Assembly: GCA_963707025.1 (NCBI GenBank)
Contig: CAVPOM010000003.1
Span: 96,001 to 160,000, forward strand
Source of the DNA: an uncultured Verrucomicrobiae bacterium
GTDB lineage: Bacteria; Verrucomicrobiota; Verrucomicrobiia; Limisphaerales; Palsa-1400
Reading direction: 5' to 3'
DNA: 64,000 nucleotides
The position numbers and the translations under genes were made by a program. Below are positions 1 through 10,170 of the stretch, piece by piece (position 1 is the first letter of the stretch; every line of letters starts with the position of its first letter). Below the pieces are notes generated by a model that did no database searches, was not told where the DNA came from, and was given only the letters and a program-made list of their open reading frames with translations.

Positions 1-15
1 AGCCCTCGGCGGCCT

Positions 16-1224
16 TTGCCCGCCCACCGCCATGTCCGCCTGCCCGGTCGCGTCCCGGCTGGAATCCTCCTTCTCTCCTGCCTGCTGGCCTGTTCCCCGG
101 AAAAAGTTCCCGCCCAGGTTCCGGCCCGCCCCTCCGCCCCGGCCGCGTCCAAACCGGCGGCGCCGGCTCCGCCCAGTTGGCCCATCTTCCGCGGCAATCC
201 CGCCCTGACGGGCGTGGCCGGCGACATGTTGCCCCAAAAACCCGGCCTGCTCTGGACTTTTAAAACAGGCGGCCCGGTCAAATCTTCGGCGGTCATCGGG
301 GCGGGCAAGATTTTCATCGGGTCCGATGACGGCCATTTGTATGCCGTCAATTTTGCCGATGGCAAACAGGTGTGGGCCTTTCCCGCCGGCTCCGCCGTGC
401 AGGCCCCGCCGCTGCTGGTCAACAATGCCGTCTTTGCCGGCACGGTGGATGGTTTGTTTTACGCCCTGGACGCGGGCGCCGGCGGCCTGCTCTGGAAGGT
501 GCAAACCGACGGCAAAATCCTGGCTTCGGCCAGCGTGGCGGCCCGCCGGGACGGCCCGGCGCGCATCCTCATCGGCAGCTACGATTTCAAATTGCGCTGC
601 CTGGACGCGGAGAAAGGCGCCACCAACTGGCTTTTTGAAAGCGGCAACTACATCAATGGCGCTTGCGCCGTCGCGGAGGGCCGGGCCGTTTTTGGCGGAT
701 GCGATGCCATGGTGCATGTCCTGCAGGTGCAGGACGGCCAGGAGATCAGCCAGATCGAGGCGGGCGCTTTTATCGGCGCGTCGGTCGCCCTGGCGGGAAA
801 CCGCGCTTACTTCGGCCACTATGACAATGAGTTTCTCTGTGTGGACCTGGCCCGCTCCAACACGGTCTGGCATTTTCACGACCAGGATTTCCCCTTCATG
901 TCCTCCGCCGCCGTGACGGAGGATCGCGTCCTCTTCGGCGGGCACGACAAAACGCTGCATTGCCTGAGCCGGGCGGACGGCAAAAGCCTCTGGAGCTTTC
1001 CGGCGCAGGGAAAAATCGAAAGCTCGCCCGTCGTCGCCGGCGACAAAGTGGTCTTCGGCTCCGACGACGGCCGGGTCTATTTGCTGGCGCTGGCCGACGG
1101 CCGGGAACTCTGGTCCTACGACACCGGCCAGCCGGTGGCCAGTTCGCCCGCCGTCGCCGGAAATAGAATTGTCATCGGTTGCGACGACGGCAACGTCTAT
1201 TGTTTCGGCGCAACAGCCTTATGA
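16..1224 (+). CDS. PQQ-like beta-propeller repeat protein (BamB-like), probable lipoprotein; 5' end may lie upstream of the window
   Basis: Repeated W-x-F...SSP/SSA...G..DG.LYAL blades; WPIFRGNPALTG N-terminal motif; lipobox-like LLAC; frame is open to position 1. Confidence 0.85.
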   Translation: MPAHRHVRLPGRVPAGILLLSCLLACSPEKVPAQVPARPSAPAASKPAAPAPPSWPIFRGNPALTGVAGDMLPQKPGLLWTFKTGGPVKSSAVIGAGKIFIGSDDGHLYAVNFADGKQVWAFPAGSAVQAPPLLVNNAVFAGTVDGLFYALDAGAGGLLWKVQTDGKILASASVAARRDGPARILIGSYDFKLRCLDAEKGATNWLFESGNYINGACAVAEGRAVFGGCDAMVHVLQVQDGQEISQIEAGAFIGASVALAGNRAYFGHYDNEFLCVDLARSNTVWHFHDQDFPFMSSAAVTEDRVLFGGHDKTLHCLSRADGKSLWSFPAQGKIESSPVVAGDKVVFGSDDGRVYLLALADGRELWSYDTGQPVASSPAVAGNRIVIGCDDGNVYCFGATAL

Positions 1225-1265
1225 AGATCAAGGAAATCCTTCGCCGCCGCCGTCCGACACGGTGC

Positions 1266-1294
1266 TTGAGCTTGTGCCCAAACGCGTGTAGGAT
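1266..1294 (+). promoter_or_regulatory. Putative sigma70 promoter, leaderless transcript of the TA pair
   Basis: TTGAGC(1266-1271)-N17-TAGGAT(1289-1294), ATG at 1301 after a 6-nt gap. Confidence 0.45.
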
Positions 1295-1300
1295 AATGGC

Positions 1301-1483
1301 ATGAGCGCAAAGGAACTCGCACTCGATGTTATCAAACAGCTTCCAGACCAGGCTACGATGCGTGATCTTACGGAGGAATTGTACGCCGCCGCCGTGCGCG
1401 AAGGATTGGATGAGCTCGACCGCGGCGAGGGCCTGTCCCACGAAGTGGTCAAACACCAGTTCGACTCATGGTTTGCAAAATAA
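1301..1483 (+). CDS. Small putative antitoxin of a RelE/ParE pair
   Basis: 60 aa, acidic, GLDELDRGEGLSHEVVK motif typical of ParE/RelE partners; overlaps the toxin start. Confidence 0.75.
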   Translation: MSAKELALDVIKQLPDQATMRDLTEELYAAAVREGLDELDRGEGLSHEVVKHQFDSWFAK

Positions 1484-1770
1484 CCTGGTCGCCCCGCGCG
1501 CTGGAGGATTTGCGGGACGCGGTGCGCTACATTCGCCGCGACGACCCGGAGGCGGCGCGACGGTTCGGGCTCAAACTCATCGAAAAGGCGGAAACCCTGA
1601 CCAGCTTTCCCGAACGCGGACGGGTGATCAGAAAGTTCCAAAATCCCAATATCCGCGAGGTTTTTCTCGGTCCGTATCGGATTGCCTACCGCATCCATCG
1701 CGATCCGGCCTCGGTCGAGATTGTCCGCATCTGGCATGGTGCAAGAAGCGACGAGGATTTGGAGTTTTGA
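1468..1770 (+). CDS. Type II toxin, RelE/ParE family
   Basis: ITWSPRALEDL...L..FPERGR...REVFLGPYRIAYRI...IVRIWHGAR pattern. Confidence 0.9.
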   Translation: MVCKITWSPRALEDLRDAVRYIRRDDPEAARRFGLKLIEKAETLTSFPERGRVIRKFQNPNIREVFLGPYRIAYRIHRDPASVEIVRIWHGARSDEDLEF

Positions 1771-1779
1771 CCAATTATC

Positions 1780-2259
1780 ATGTCTGTCAAACCTAGAAAA
1801 TCGTGGGGGGAAAAACTGGCCGACAGCAAGGGGCTGCCCAAGGTCATTCCCATCGCCGGCCGCATGAGCCGCAAGTGGGGGACCGGCACGGTCGTCATTG
1901 CCGCGCCCCTGGAAGTGGATGCCTTGATGCGCCAGGTTCCCAAGGGCAGGGTGGTGACGGTCAACCGGCTGCGCGCCGCCCTGGCCCGGCGGCACGGCGC
2001 GACCATCGGCTGCCCCATTACCACCGGCATCTTCGCGTGGATCGCCGCCCACGCCGCGGTCGAGGCGCAGGCCCAGGGCCGCAAGCGGATCACCCCCTGG
2101 TGGCGCACCCTCAAGGCGGAGGGCGAGTTGAACCCGAAATTTCCCGGCGGCGTGGAGGAGCAGGCCAGGTTGCTGCGCGCCGAAGGGCACACCATCCTCC
2201 CCGGCAAAGGCAAAAAACCGCCCCGGGTCGCCGACATGGAAGGCCGCCTGGCCATGTAA
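1780..2259 (+). CDS. MGMT-family DNA-binding protein, alkyltransferase-like (no catalytic Cys)
   Basis: VPKGRVVT...PWWR...Q..LL.AEG; Trp replaces the Cys of the PCHR motif. Confidence 0.75.
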   Translation: MSVKPRKSWGEKLADSKGLPKVIPIAGRMSRKWGTGTVVIAAPLEVDALMRQVPKGRVVTVNRLRAALARRHGATIGCPITTGIFAWIAAHAAVEAQAQGRKRITPWWRTLKAEGELNPKFPGGVEEQARLLRAEGHTILPGKGKKPPRVADMEGRLAM

Positions 2260-2272
2260 TGGACCCATTTTT

Positions 2273-3613
2273 ATGAGCACCACCGCCCAACTCACTCCGC
2301 CCGCGCCGCCCATCGCCCAGCAAACGACCGTCGGCAACTATTTCGTCTCCAACTACCCTCCCTTCTCCTTTTGGAAACCGGAGTTTGTCCAGGACGCCCT
2401 GGCCGCCCTGGAACGGCCTCCATCCTCGCCGGTTCCGTTGGGCGTTTACCTCCACATTCCCTTTTGCCGCAAACGCTGTCATTTCTGCTACTTCAAGGTG
2501 TACACCGACAAGGATTCGTCGGCCATTCGCGGTTATATTGAAGCGGCCCTGCGGGAACTGGCCCTCTATGCCGCCAAGCCCGCCCTGGCCGGGCGCAAGG
2601 CCAATTTCGTTTATTTCGGCGGCGGCACTCCCTCCTACCTGTCCGTGGACCAGCTCACCCACCTGACCCAAGGCATGAAGAAACTCATTCCGTGGGATGA
2701 GGCCGAGGAAGTCACCTTCGAGTGCGAGCCGGGCACGTTGACCCGCCACAAACTGGAGGCCATCCGCCAGATGGGCGTGACCCGCCTGAGCCTGGGAGTG
2801 GAAAATTTTGACGATCATATCCTCGAAATCAACGGGCGCGCCCACCACAGCCAGGAAATCGCCCGCGCTTACTCCTTCGCGCGCGAACTGGGTTTTCCCC
2901 AAATCAACATTGACCTCATTGCCGGCATGGTCGAGGAAACCGAGTCCAACTGGCGGGAATGCGTCCGCAAAACCATCCAGATGTCGCCCGACAGCGTCAC
3001 CATTTACCAGATGGAAGTTCCCTACAACACCGCCCTCTATCAGGAAATGAAAGCGGCCGGCAAACTGGCCGCCCCGGTGGCCGATTGGGAAACCAAGCGG
3101 GCCTGGGCAGGCTGGGCCTTTGCCGAATTGGAAAAGGCCGGCTACACCGTGGGCAGCGCCTACACCGCTGTCAAAAATAAAGCCACCGCCAGGTTCCTCT
3201 ACCGCGACCGCCTCTGGGCCGGGGCCGATTTGATCGGCCTGGGGGTGGCCTCCTTCGGCCATTTGCAAGGCACCCATTATCAGAATCAGCACGACTTCGA
3301 GCCTTACGTCAATGCCGTCCAGTCCGGCCGGCTGCCCCTCTATCGCGCCATGACCCCCACCGCCGACGAACGGCTCATCCGCGAATTTATTTTGCAACTC
3401 AAGCTCGGCCGCACCCAGTGCGATTACTTCCAGAAAAAATTCGGGGTGGATGTGGGCCGGCGTTTCGCCGCGCCCTTGCAGCGCCTGCGCGACTGGGGTT
3501 TTGGCGAAGTCCAGGACGGGACCGTGCGCCTGAACCGCCAGGGCCTTCTCCAAGTGGACCGCCTCCTCCACGAGTTCTTCCTCCCCGAACACCAAAATGC
3601 CAGATACGCATGA
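2273..3613 (+). CDS. HemN/HemW-like radical SAM protein
   Basis: YLHIPFCRKRCHFC (CxxxCxxC), YFGGGTPS, RLSLGVENF, INIDLIAG. Confidence 0.9.
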   Translation: MSTTAQLTPPAPPIAQQTTVGNYFVSNYPPFSFWKPEFVQDALAALERPPSSPVPLGVYLHIPFCRKRCHFCYFKVYTDKDSSAIRGYIEAALRELALYAAKPALAGRKANFVYFGGGTPSYLSVDQLTHLTQGMKKLIPWDEAEEVTFECEPGTLTRHKLEAIRQMGVTRLSLGVENFDDHILEINGRAHHSQEIARAYSFARELGFPQINIDLIAGMVEETESNWRECVRKTIQMSPDSVTIYQMEVPYNTALYQEMKAAGKLAAPVADWETKRAWAGWAFAELEKAGYTVGSAYTAVKNKATARFLYRDRLWAGADLIGLGVASFGHLQGTHYQNQHDFEPYVNAVQSGRLPLYRAMTPTADERLIREFILQLKLGRTQCDYFQKKFGVDVGRRFAAPLQRLRDWGFGEVQDGTVRLNRQGLLQVDRLLHEFFLPEHQNARYA

Positions 3614-4194
3614 ACTCGAGCGAGACCAAAACCTGTCCCGAATTGACGCCCTTTGCCCTGCGCCCGCTCCATTCGGCCACCTATCCGCTGGACGATTTTT
3701 ACGCCGTCCGCCGCCTGCCCCTGCCCGTCATGGACCAGATCGAGCCGGACCAGATCCCCGAACCGTATCGTTGGCTGCTGGTGCATGATGGAGACATGAC
3801 TTCGCGGCTGGAAGCCTTCCACAAAAGCACAATTCATATCCGCGCGCTGGCCCGCAACCACCATGGCCGCGAATACTTCCGCGAGGTTGTGCTGGAACTG
3901 GACGGCTCCCTCCAACCGGTGGAATTCGGCGCCAGCAAAGTCAACCTCGACTTTTTTCCCGGCCTGGCCCAGGAGGAAATCCGGCGCGAGTTGCGCCCGC
4001 TGGGCGGCATTCTGCATGACTTCCACATCGCCTTCACCAGCCGGCCCGGCGCCTTTTTCCGCGTGGCGGCGGATGCCTTCATCGTCGGAGCACTGCGCCT
4101 GGCCGGCGCGCCTGTCCTCTTTGGCCGGCGCAACACCCTGCTGGACGCCCGCGAGCGGCCCATGGCGGAGATCGTGGAAATTTTGCCGCCGTGA
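3610..4194 (+). CDS. Chorismate pyruvate-lyase/UTRA-like protein
   Basis: ATGA overlap with the upstream stop; LLVHDGDMTSRLE...REVVL...PLGGIL...GRRNTL...EIVEILP resembles UbiC-like proteins. Confidence 0.6.
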   Translation: MNSSETKTCPELTPFALRPLHSATYPLDDFYAVRRLPLPVMDQIEPDQIPEPYRWLLVHDGDMTSRLEAFHKSTIHIRALARNHHGREYFREVVLELDGSLQPVEFGASKVNLDFFPGLAQEEIRRELRPLGGILHDFHIAFTSRPGAFFRVAADAFIVGALRLAGAPVLFGRRNTLLDARERPMAEIVEILPP

Positions 4195-4312
4195 ACCGTA
4201 ATACGCCAGTGAAAGGGGGGACTGCCATTCCAGCGGAGTGCGCCCGTCCCCGGGCGCAGCAATGCGAAAATGTTCTTGCGCGTACGGCGTCGCTGCTGGA
4301 TTGGCCGGGAAT

Positions 4313-4409
4313 GGTAGGGCGGGCAGTCCTCTGCCCGCCGCGCGGCGGCGGCGCAATGTTGATTCATTGGCCCATGCCCGACGGCGGGCAGAGGACTGCC
4401 CGCCCTACC
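4313..4409. repeat. REP/REPIN-like inverted repeat (GGTAGGGC family)
   Basis: GGTAGGGCGGGCAGTCCTCTGCCCGCC ... GGCGGGCAGAGGACTGCCCGCCCTACC perfect inverted pair; related copy at 12381-12435. Confidence 0.8.
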
Positions 4410-4444
4410 CATGACTGACGCACGACTGCTTTTCCGTTCCCGAC

Positions 4445-5732
4445 ATGAACCACACCAATTTGCTTGACTGCATCATCATCGGCGGAGGCCCCGCCGGATC
4501 AACCGCCGGAGCCATCCTCGCCCAATTCGGCCATCGCGTCCTGCTCCTGGAACGCGAAAAATTCCCGCGCTATCACATCGGCGAATCCCTCCTGCCCTTC
4601 ACCTTCCAGCCCCTGCAACGGCTCGGCTTGATTGAGCGGATGAAAGCCTCCGCCTTTGTCAAGAAATACAGCGTCCAATTCGTTTCCCCCTCCGGCCGGG
4701 CCAGCCAGCCCTTTTATTTTTACACCCGCTACGACCGCGCGACCGTCGCCCAAACCTGGCAGGTCCTCCGTTCCGAGTTCGACCTGATGCTGCTGGACAA
4801 CGCCCGGGAAAAAGGCCTCCAGGTCATGGAGCAGAACCGCCGTCCGGGAGTTGATCCAGGAAGACGGGGCGGTCGCGGGCGTGCGCGCTCAAACCCAGGG
4901 CGGCCCCATCACCGAATTCCGCGCCCCCATCACCCTGGATTGTTCCGGCAAGGAATCCTTCGCCGCCGTGCGCAACCAGTGGCGCGTCAAGGACCCGTTC
5001 CTCAATAAAATCGCCGTCTGGACTTATTACAAAGGGGCCAAACGCGACGCCGGCCTGGACGCCGGCGCCACCACCGTGGCCTACCTGCCGGAAAAGGGCT
5101 GGTTCTGGTACATCCCGCAGCACAACGACATGATCAGCGTCGGCGTGGTCGCGGAGGGAAAATACTTGACACGCGGCGGCCTCAAGTCGCCGGAGGAGAT
5201 TTTCCGGCGCGAGGTGGAGCAGAACCAGTGGATCCAGCAGCATCTGGCCTGCGGCAAACAGAGCGGCCCCTATCATCTCACCAGCGAATACACCCACCAC
5301 GCCAAACATTGCGGCGCGCGGGGGCTGCTCCTCGTCGGCGACGCCTTCGCCTTTCTCGACCCGGTCTTTTCCTCCGGCGTCATGCTCGCTCTGAAAAGCG
5401 GCGTGCTGGCCGGCGACGCCGTTCACCAGGCCCTGGTGGAAAAGGATTTTTCCCCGGACCGTTTCGCCGGCTACGCCCGTTTCCTGCGTGACGGCGTGGA
5501 AAACATGCGCAAGCTCGTCTATGCCTTTTACCATCCCAAATTCAGCTTCCGCCAACTGACCAACAAATACCCCGAAGCCGCCGGCTGGGTGACCGACTGC
5601 CTCAGCGGCGATGTCAACAAAGATTTCACCCCCCTCTGGAAACAGATCGAAGAATTCGTCCCTCTCCCGGCCCCGCTCCCCGTCGGCCAACCAATGGCGG
5701 CCGCCGAACCGGCCCCCGCTGCCAGTCTCTAA
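4445..5732 (+). CDS. FAD-dependent halogenase/oxidoreductase (tryptophan halogenase/GGR superfamily); one frameshift near 4835 in this sequence
   Basis: GGGPAG FAD motif and FPRYHIGESL in the first frame; GWFWYIP (WxWxIP) and GDAFAFLDPVFSSG in the second; removing one A at 4835-4836 gives EQTAVRELIQEDG. Confidence 0.8.
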
Positions 5733-5802
5733 TCCGGCCATTGCCCGCCGCATGGGTGGAATCCCGATGCAATCGGGACCCATCCCGCTCACACAAATCT
5801 TT

Positions 5803-5899
5803 ATCCCAAAGGGATAAAATCATCTAGCCCAGGGTTGCGCGCCACGCGCTACCCTGGGTGGGCCAATGACAAATTGGTCAACTCTGAAAGAGTTGTATC
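5803..5899. repeat. REP-like arm left of the Y1 transposase
   Basis: Imperfect inverted copy of 6382-6480, with internal hairpins CCCAGGGTTGCG..CGCTACCCTGGG and CAACTCTGAAAGAGTTG. Confidence 0.75.
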
Positions 5900-5927
5900 A
5901 ATCCCCTGATTCCACCATCATCCCCTC

Positions 5928-6383
5928 ATGCCGCAATCACTCGCAAAAATTCCGGTGCATGCCGTTTTCTCGACAAAAAACCGCCGTCCCTTCCTCCGCG
6001 ACAAGCCACTGCGCGAGGAATTGCACCGCTACCTTGGCGGCATCCTGACGAATCACGACTGCCAGCCTCTTATCGTCGGTGGCGTTGCTGACCATGTTCA
6101 TATCCGCTCCACGCTCTCGCGCACCTGTGAAGCGGCGGAAATGATCAAGGAGGTCAAACGCGGCTCGTCCCTTTGATTGAAAACCAAAGCCCTGGATTTG
6201 CATGATTTTGCGTGGCAAACCGGCTATGGCATTTTCTCCATTGGTTTTTCCCAGGTTGAGACGGTGCGAGATTACATAGCTGGACAGGAGGAACAGCACC
6301 GCAAAGTTTCGTTTCAGGATGAGTTGCGTGAATTCCTCAAACGCTACGAAATCCAATTCGACGAACGATATGTTTGGGACTGA
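5928..6383 (+). pseudogene. tnpA: IS200-like Y1 HUH transposase (RAYT-like) with an internal nonsense codon
   Basis: HAVFSTKNR, DHVHI (HUH), FAWQTGYG, YIAGQ; in-frame TGA at 6174-6176 where Trp is expected (GSSL*LKTK). Confidence 0.85.
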
Positions 6384-6480
6384 GGCAACGCTTTCAGCGT
6401 TGATGGATCTTTTGGGACGTTGACCCAAGGTAGCTCGTTCCTCGCAACCTTGGGCTGGATGATTGCAATCCCGTTGGGCT
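6382..6480. repeat. REP-like arm right of the Y1 transposase
   Basis: Reverse complement aligns with 5803-5899. Confidence 0.75.
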
Positions 6481-6610
6481 TGCCAGCGCGGCGGGGCGGA
6501 CCGCGCCGTTTCCATGGCGAACCTGCTTGCCTCGTGCCACAGCAGGCTCGCCATGGAACCGGCGGCACCCAAATTCAGTCGTTTGGCCATCTCCTCCCTT
6601 TTCCGCCCTG

Positions 6611-6648
6611 AAAAAAAGGGCGGGGCTGGCGCAAGGCCAGCCCCGCCC
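6611..6648 (-). terminator. Rho-independent terminator after groEL
   Basis: Minus strand: GGGCGGGGCTGGC stem, short loop, GCCAGCCCCGCCC, then T7. Confidence 0.85.
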
Positions 6649-6683
6649 GGTGTTTCCCGGTTCCTCCGGTGATCTTAAATCCC

Positions 6684-8369
<1,686 letters not shown>

Positions 8370-8663
8370 TTATTCGATGATCGCGAGGATATCGTCCGAG
8401 GAAAGGATTTTGTATTCCTTGTCGTTGAGCTTGATCTCCGTGCCGCCGTATTTGCTGACGAGCACGCGGTCGCCTTTTTTGACTTCAAACGGAACTTTTT
8501 TTCCGTTGTCGTCCGTTTTGCCGGTGCCGAGGGCGATGACGATGCCTTCGGTGGGCTTTTCCTTGGCGGAATCGGGGATGATGATGCCGCCTTTTTTAAC
8601 TTCCTTCTCTTCGGCCGGTTCGACAAGAACCCGGTCGCCGAGGGGTTTTACATTGAGTGCCAT
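8370..8663 (-). CDS. groES: Co-chaperonin GroES
   Basis: [14 protein letters not shown]...[13 protein letters not shown]...KYGGTEIK; 97 aa. Confidence 0.98.
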   Translation of the reverse strand: MALNVKPLGDRVLVEPAEEKEVKKGGIIIPDSAKEKPTEGIVIALGTGKTDDNGKKVPFEVKKGDRVLVSKYGGTEIKLNDKEYKILSSDDILAIIE

Positions 8664-8748
8664 AGGTGTCTTTTCTCTTTTTTTGTGTTTTCTGTTTATG
8701 TTCGCTTTCGAATCAAACTCCCGCCGCACCCGCGGCCGGGAAAATTGT

Positions 8749-9417
8749 CTAACTGCCTTCCGCCGGGGCGATTCCACCCGGCAACGGCTCAAATTGCGGC
8801 AACGGCTCGCCTATCACCGCATCAATGGCTTTCATCAGCCGTTCCTTGACCGGTTTGGGCAGCGACGGCAGATCGCCATCCTTGAAATAGCCCAGCCCTT
8901 GCAGGGAAATGCGCCAATTAAAGTCGCCGTTAAAGACGGTGTAAGCGGCGCGCAATCCCTCCTTCAAGCCGATGCCCTGGCGCAGCAATTCGTCAATATC
9001 CAAGTAATCCTTTGCCTGGCTGCGCGTCCAGATCGTGCGCAATTTTGTCGCCAGCAAATCCAGCGCCGAAGCCAGCCGCAGGACCTTGTCGTCTGTTTCC
9101 AGCGGATCGCGCACACGGCGATAGGACAGCCCGCCGAGAAACTGAATTTTTACCACCGCGCCGCGCGTCACCTCGACATCGAGCGTGTTGACGGCGACCT
9201 GCACCGGCTTGGCGCCGCGCAAGAACGGCAGCGACCGCATCAACTCCTCCGGGTTCACCGGCTCGGAGGTGAAAAAGTCGAAGTCCACCGAGAAACGATG
9301 CCCATAATAAAGCGCGACCGCCGTGCCGCCATAGAGCACGAAATGTCTCGGCACTTGCGCCAGCTCCGGCCACAACTGGCGTTGCGCCTCAGGCAACACG
9401 CTCAATTTAGGGCTCAT
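8749..9417 (-). CDS. AbiEii/AbiGii-like nucleotidyltransferase (type IV TA toxin family)
   Basis: [30 protein letters not shown]...R...KDYLDI. Confidence 0.9.
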   Translation of the reverse strand: MSPKLSVLPEAQRQLWPELAQVPRHFVLYGGTAVALYYGHRFSVDFDFFTSEPVNPEELMRSLPFLRGAKPVQVAVNTLDVEVTRGAVVKIQFLGGLSYRRVRDPLETDDKVLRLASALDLLATKLRTIWTRSQAKDYLDIDELLRQGIGLKEGLRAAYTVFNGDFNWRISLQGLGYFKDGDLPSLPKPVKERLMKAIDAVIGEPLPQFEPLPGGIAPAEGS

Positions 9418-9418
9418 G

Positions 9419-10096
9419 TCAAAGATCAAAATCCTTCAGGAATGCGCGCTTCGGCAGTTCCGGCGCAGGCAGTCCGAAAAAGCGGTGCCACATCGTCCAT
9501 GATTTGATTTCAAACAGTCCCGGCTCGGCGTTGACCAGTGCGTCGCGAAACGCCTCCCAGCCGAGGGCCTGCTTGAATGCCACCACTTCGGGCCAATCCC
9601 CGCGCGCCATCACCTGGCCGAGCAGACGCCGCGGCTGGCCGAGGGAAACCTCCGGCGGCTGCCACCAAATCAACTTGGCGGCGAAGCGTTTCAATTGTTC
9701 TTCATTGGCCGTTTCCGGACCAATCGTCGTGGCCGCGACCACCGGGCCGGCGGCGACCAGTCTCTTCCGGCGCGCGTCCACGTTGACGTTCATCCCTTCC
9801 AGCGCCCGCGAACCCAGCAACGTCAGGTCGCCCGGCTGCGCGAACACCACTTCGTCAATCGTCTCGAAGCCCGCCACGCGCAAAATGGCATAGCCGACCG
9901 TGCGAGTGAGGATCTGCCCGTTGGCCATTTGAATCTGCAAATCCTTTTTCACCGGCTGGACCCCGATCCGTTTCAACACCTCTTCCGGCAGCCAGGTGAA
10001 TTCGCTGCCCGAATCCACTAGCAGCTTCGAAACCACGGCAGACCGTTTCTGATCCTTGTGGTTCTCCACTTTGCAGCCGATGTAAAAAGCGCCCAT
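9419..10096 (-). CDS. Fusion protein: retropepsin-like aspartyl protease + C-terminal putative antitoxin domain
   Basis: N-terminal [13 protein letters not shown] and [11 protein letters not shown] (clan AA motifs); C-terminal IWWQPP...QVMARG...AEPGLF...SW..WH resembles small AbiEii partner proteins; no stop at the junction. Confidence 0.75.
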   Translation of the reverse strand: MGAFYIGCKVENHKDQKRSAVVSKLLVDSGSEFTWLPEEVLKRIGVQPVKKDLQIQMANGQILTRTVGYAILRVAGFETIDEVVFAQPGDLTLLGSRALEGMNVNVDARRKRLVAAGPVVAATTIGPETANEEQLKRFAAKLIWWQPPEVSLGQPRRLLGQVMARGDWPEVVAFKQALGWEAFRDALVNAEPGLFEIKSWTMWHRFFGLPAPELPKRAFLKDFDL

Positions 10097-10170
10097 ATTC
10101 TGTCTGGTTTGTTTTTTGACCCCCATTGTGATGGGGTCCGGAAAAGCTGAAGCGCGCTCGCGCCGTCACC

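Noticed and set aside
4191..4418. 75-aa ORF between the lyase-like and halogenase-like genes
   Set aside because: Consists largely of REP-like palindromes
6174..6176. TGA read as Trp or selenocysteine
   Set aside because: TGA ends many normal genes in the window; a single nonsense change is simpler
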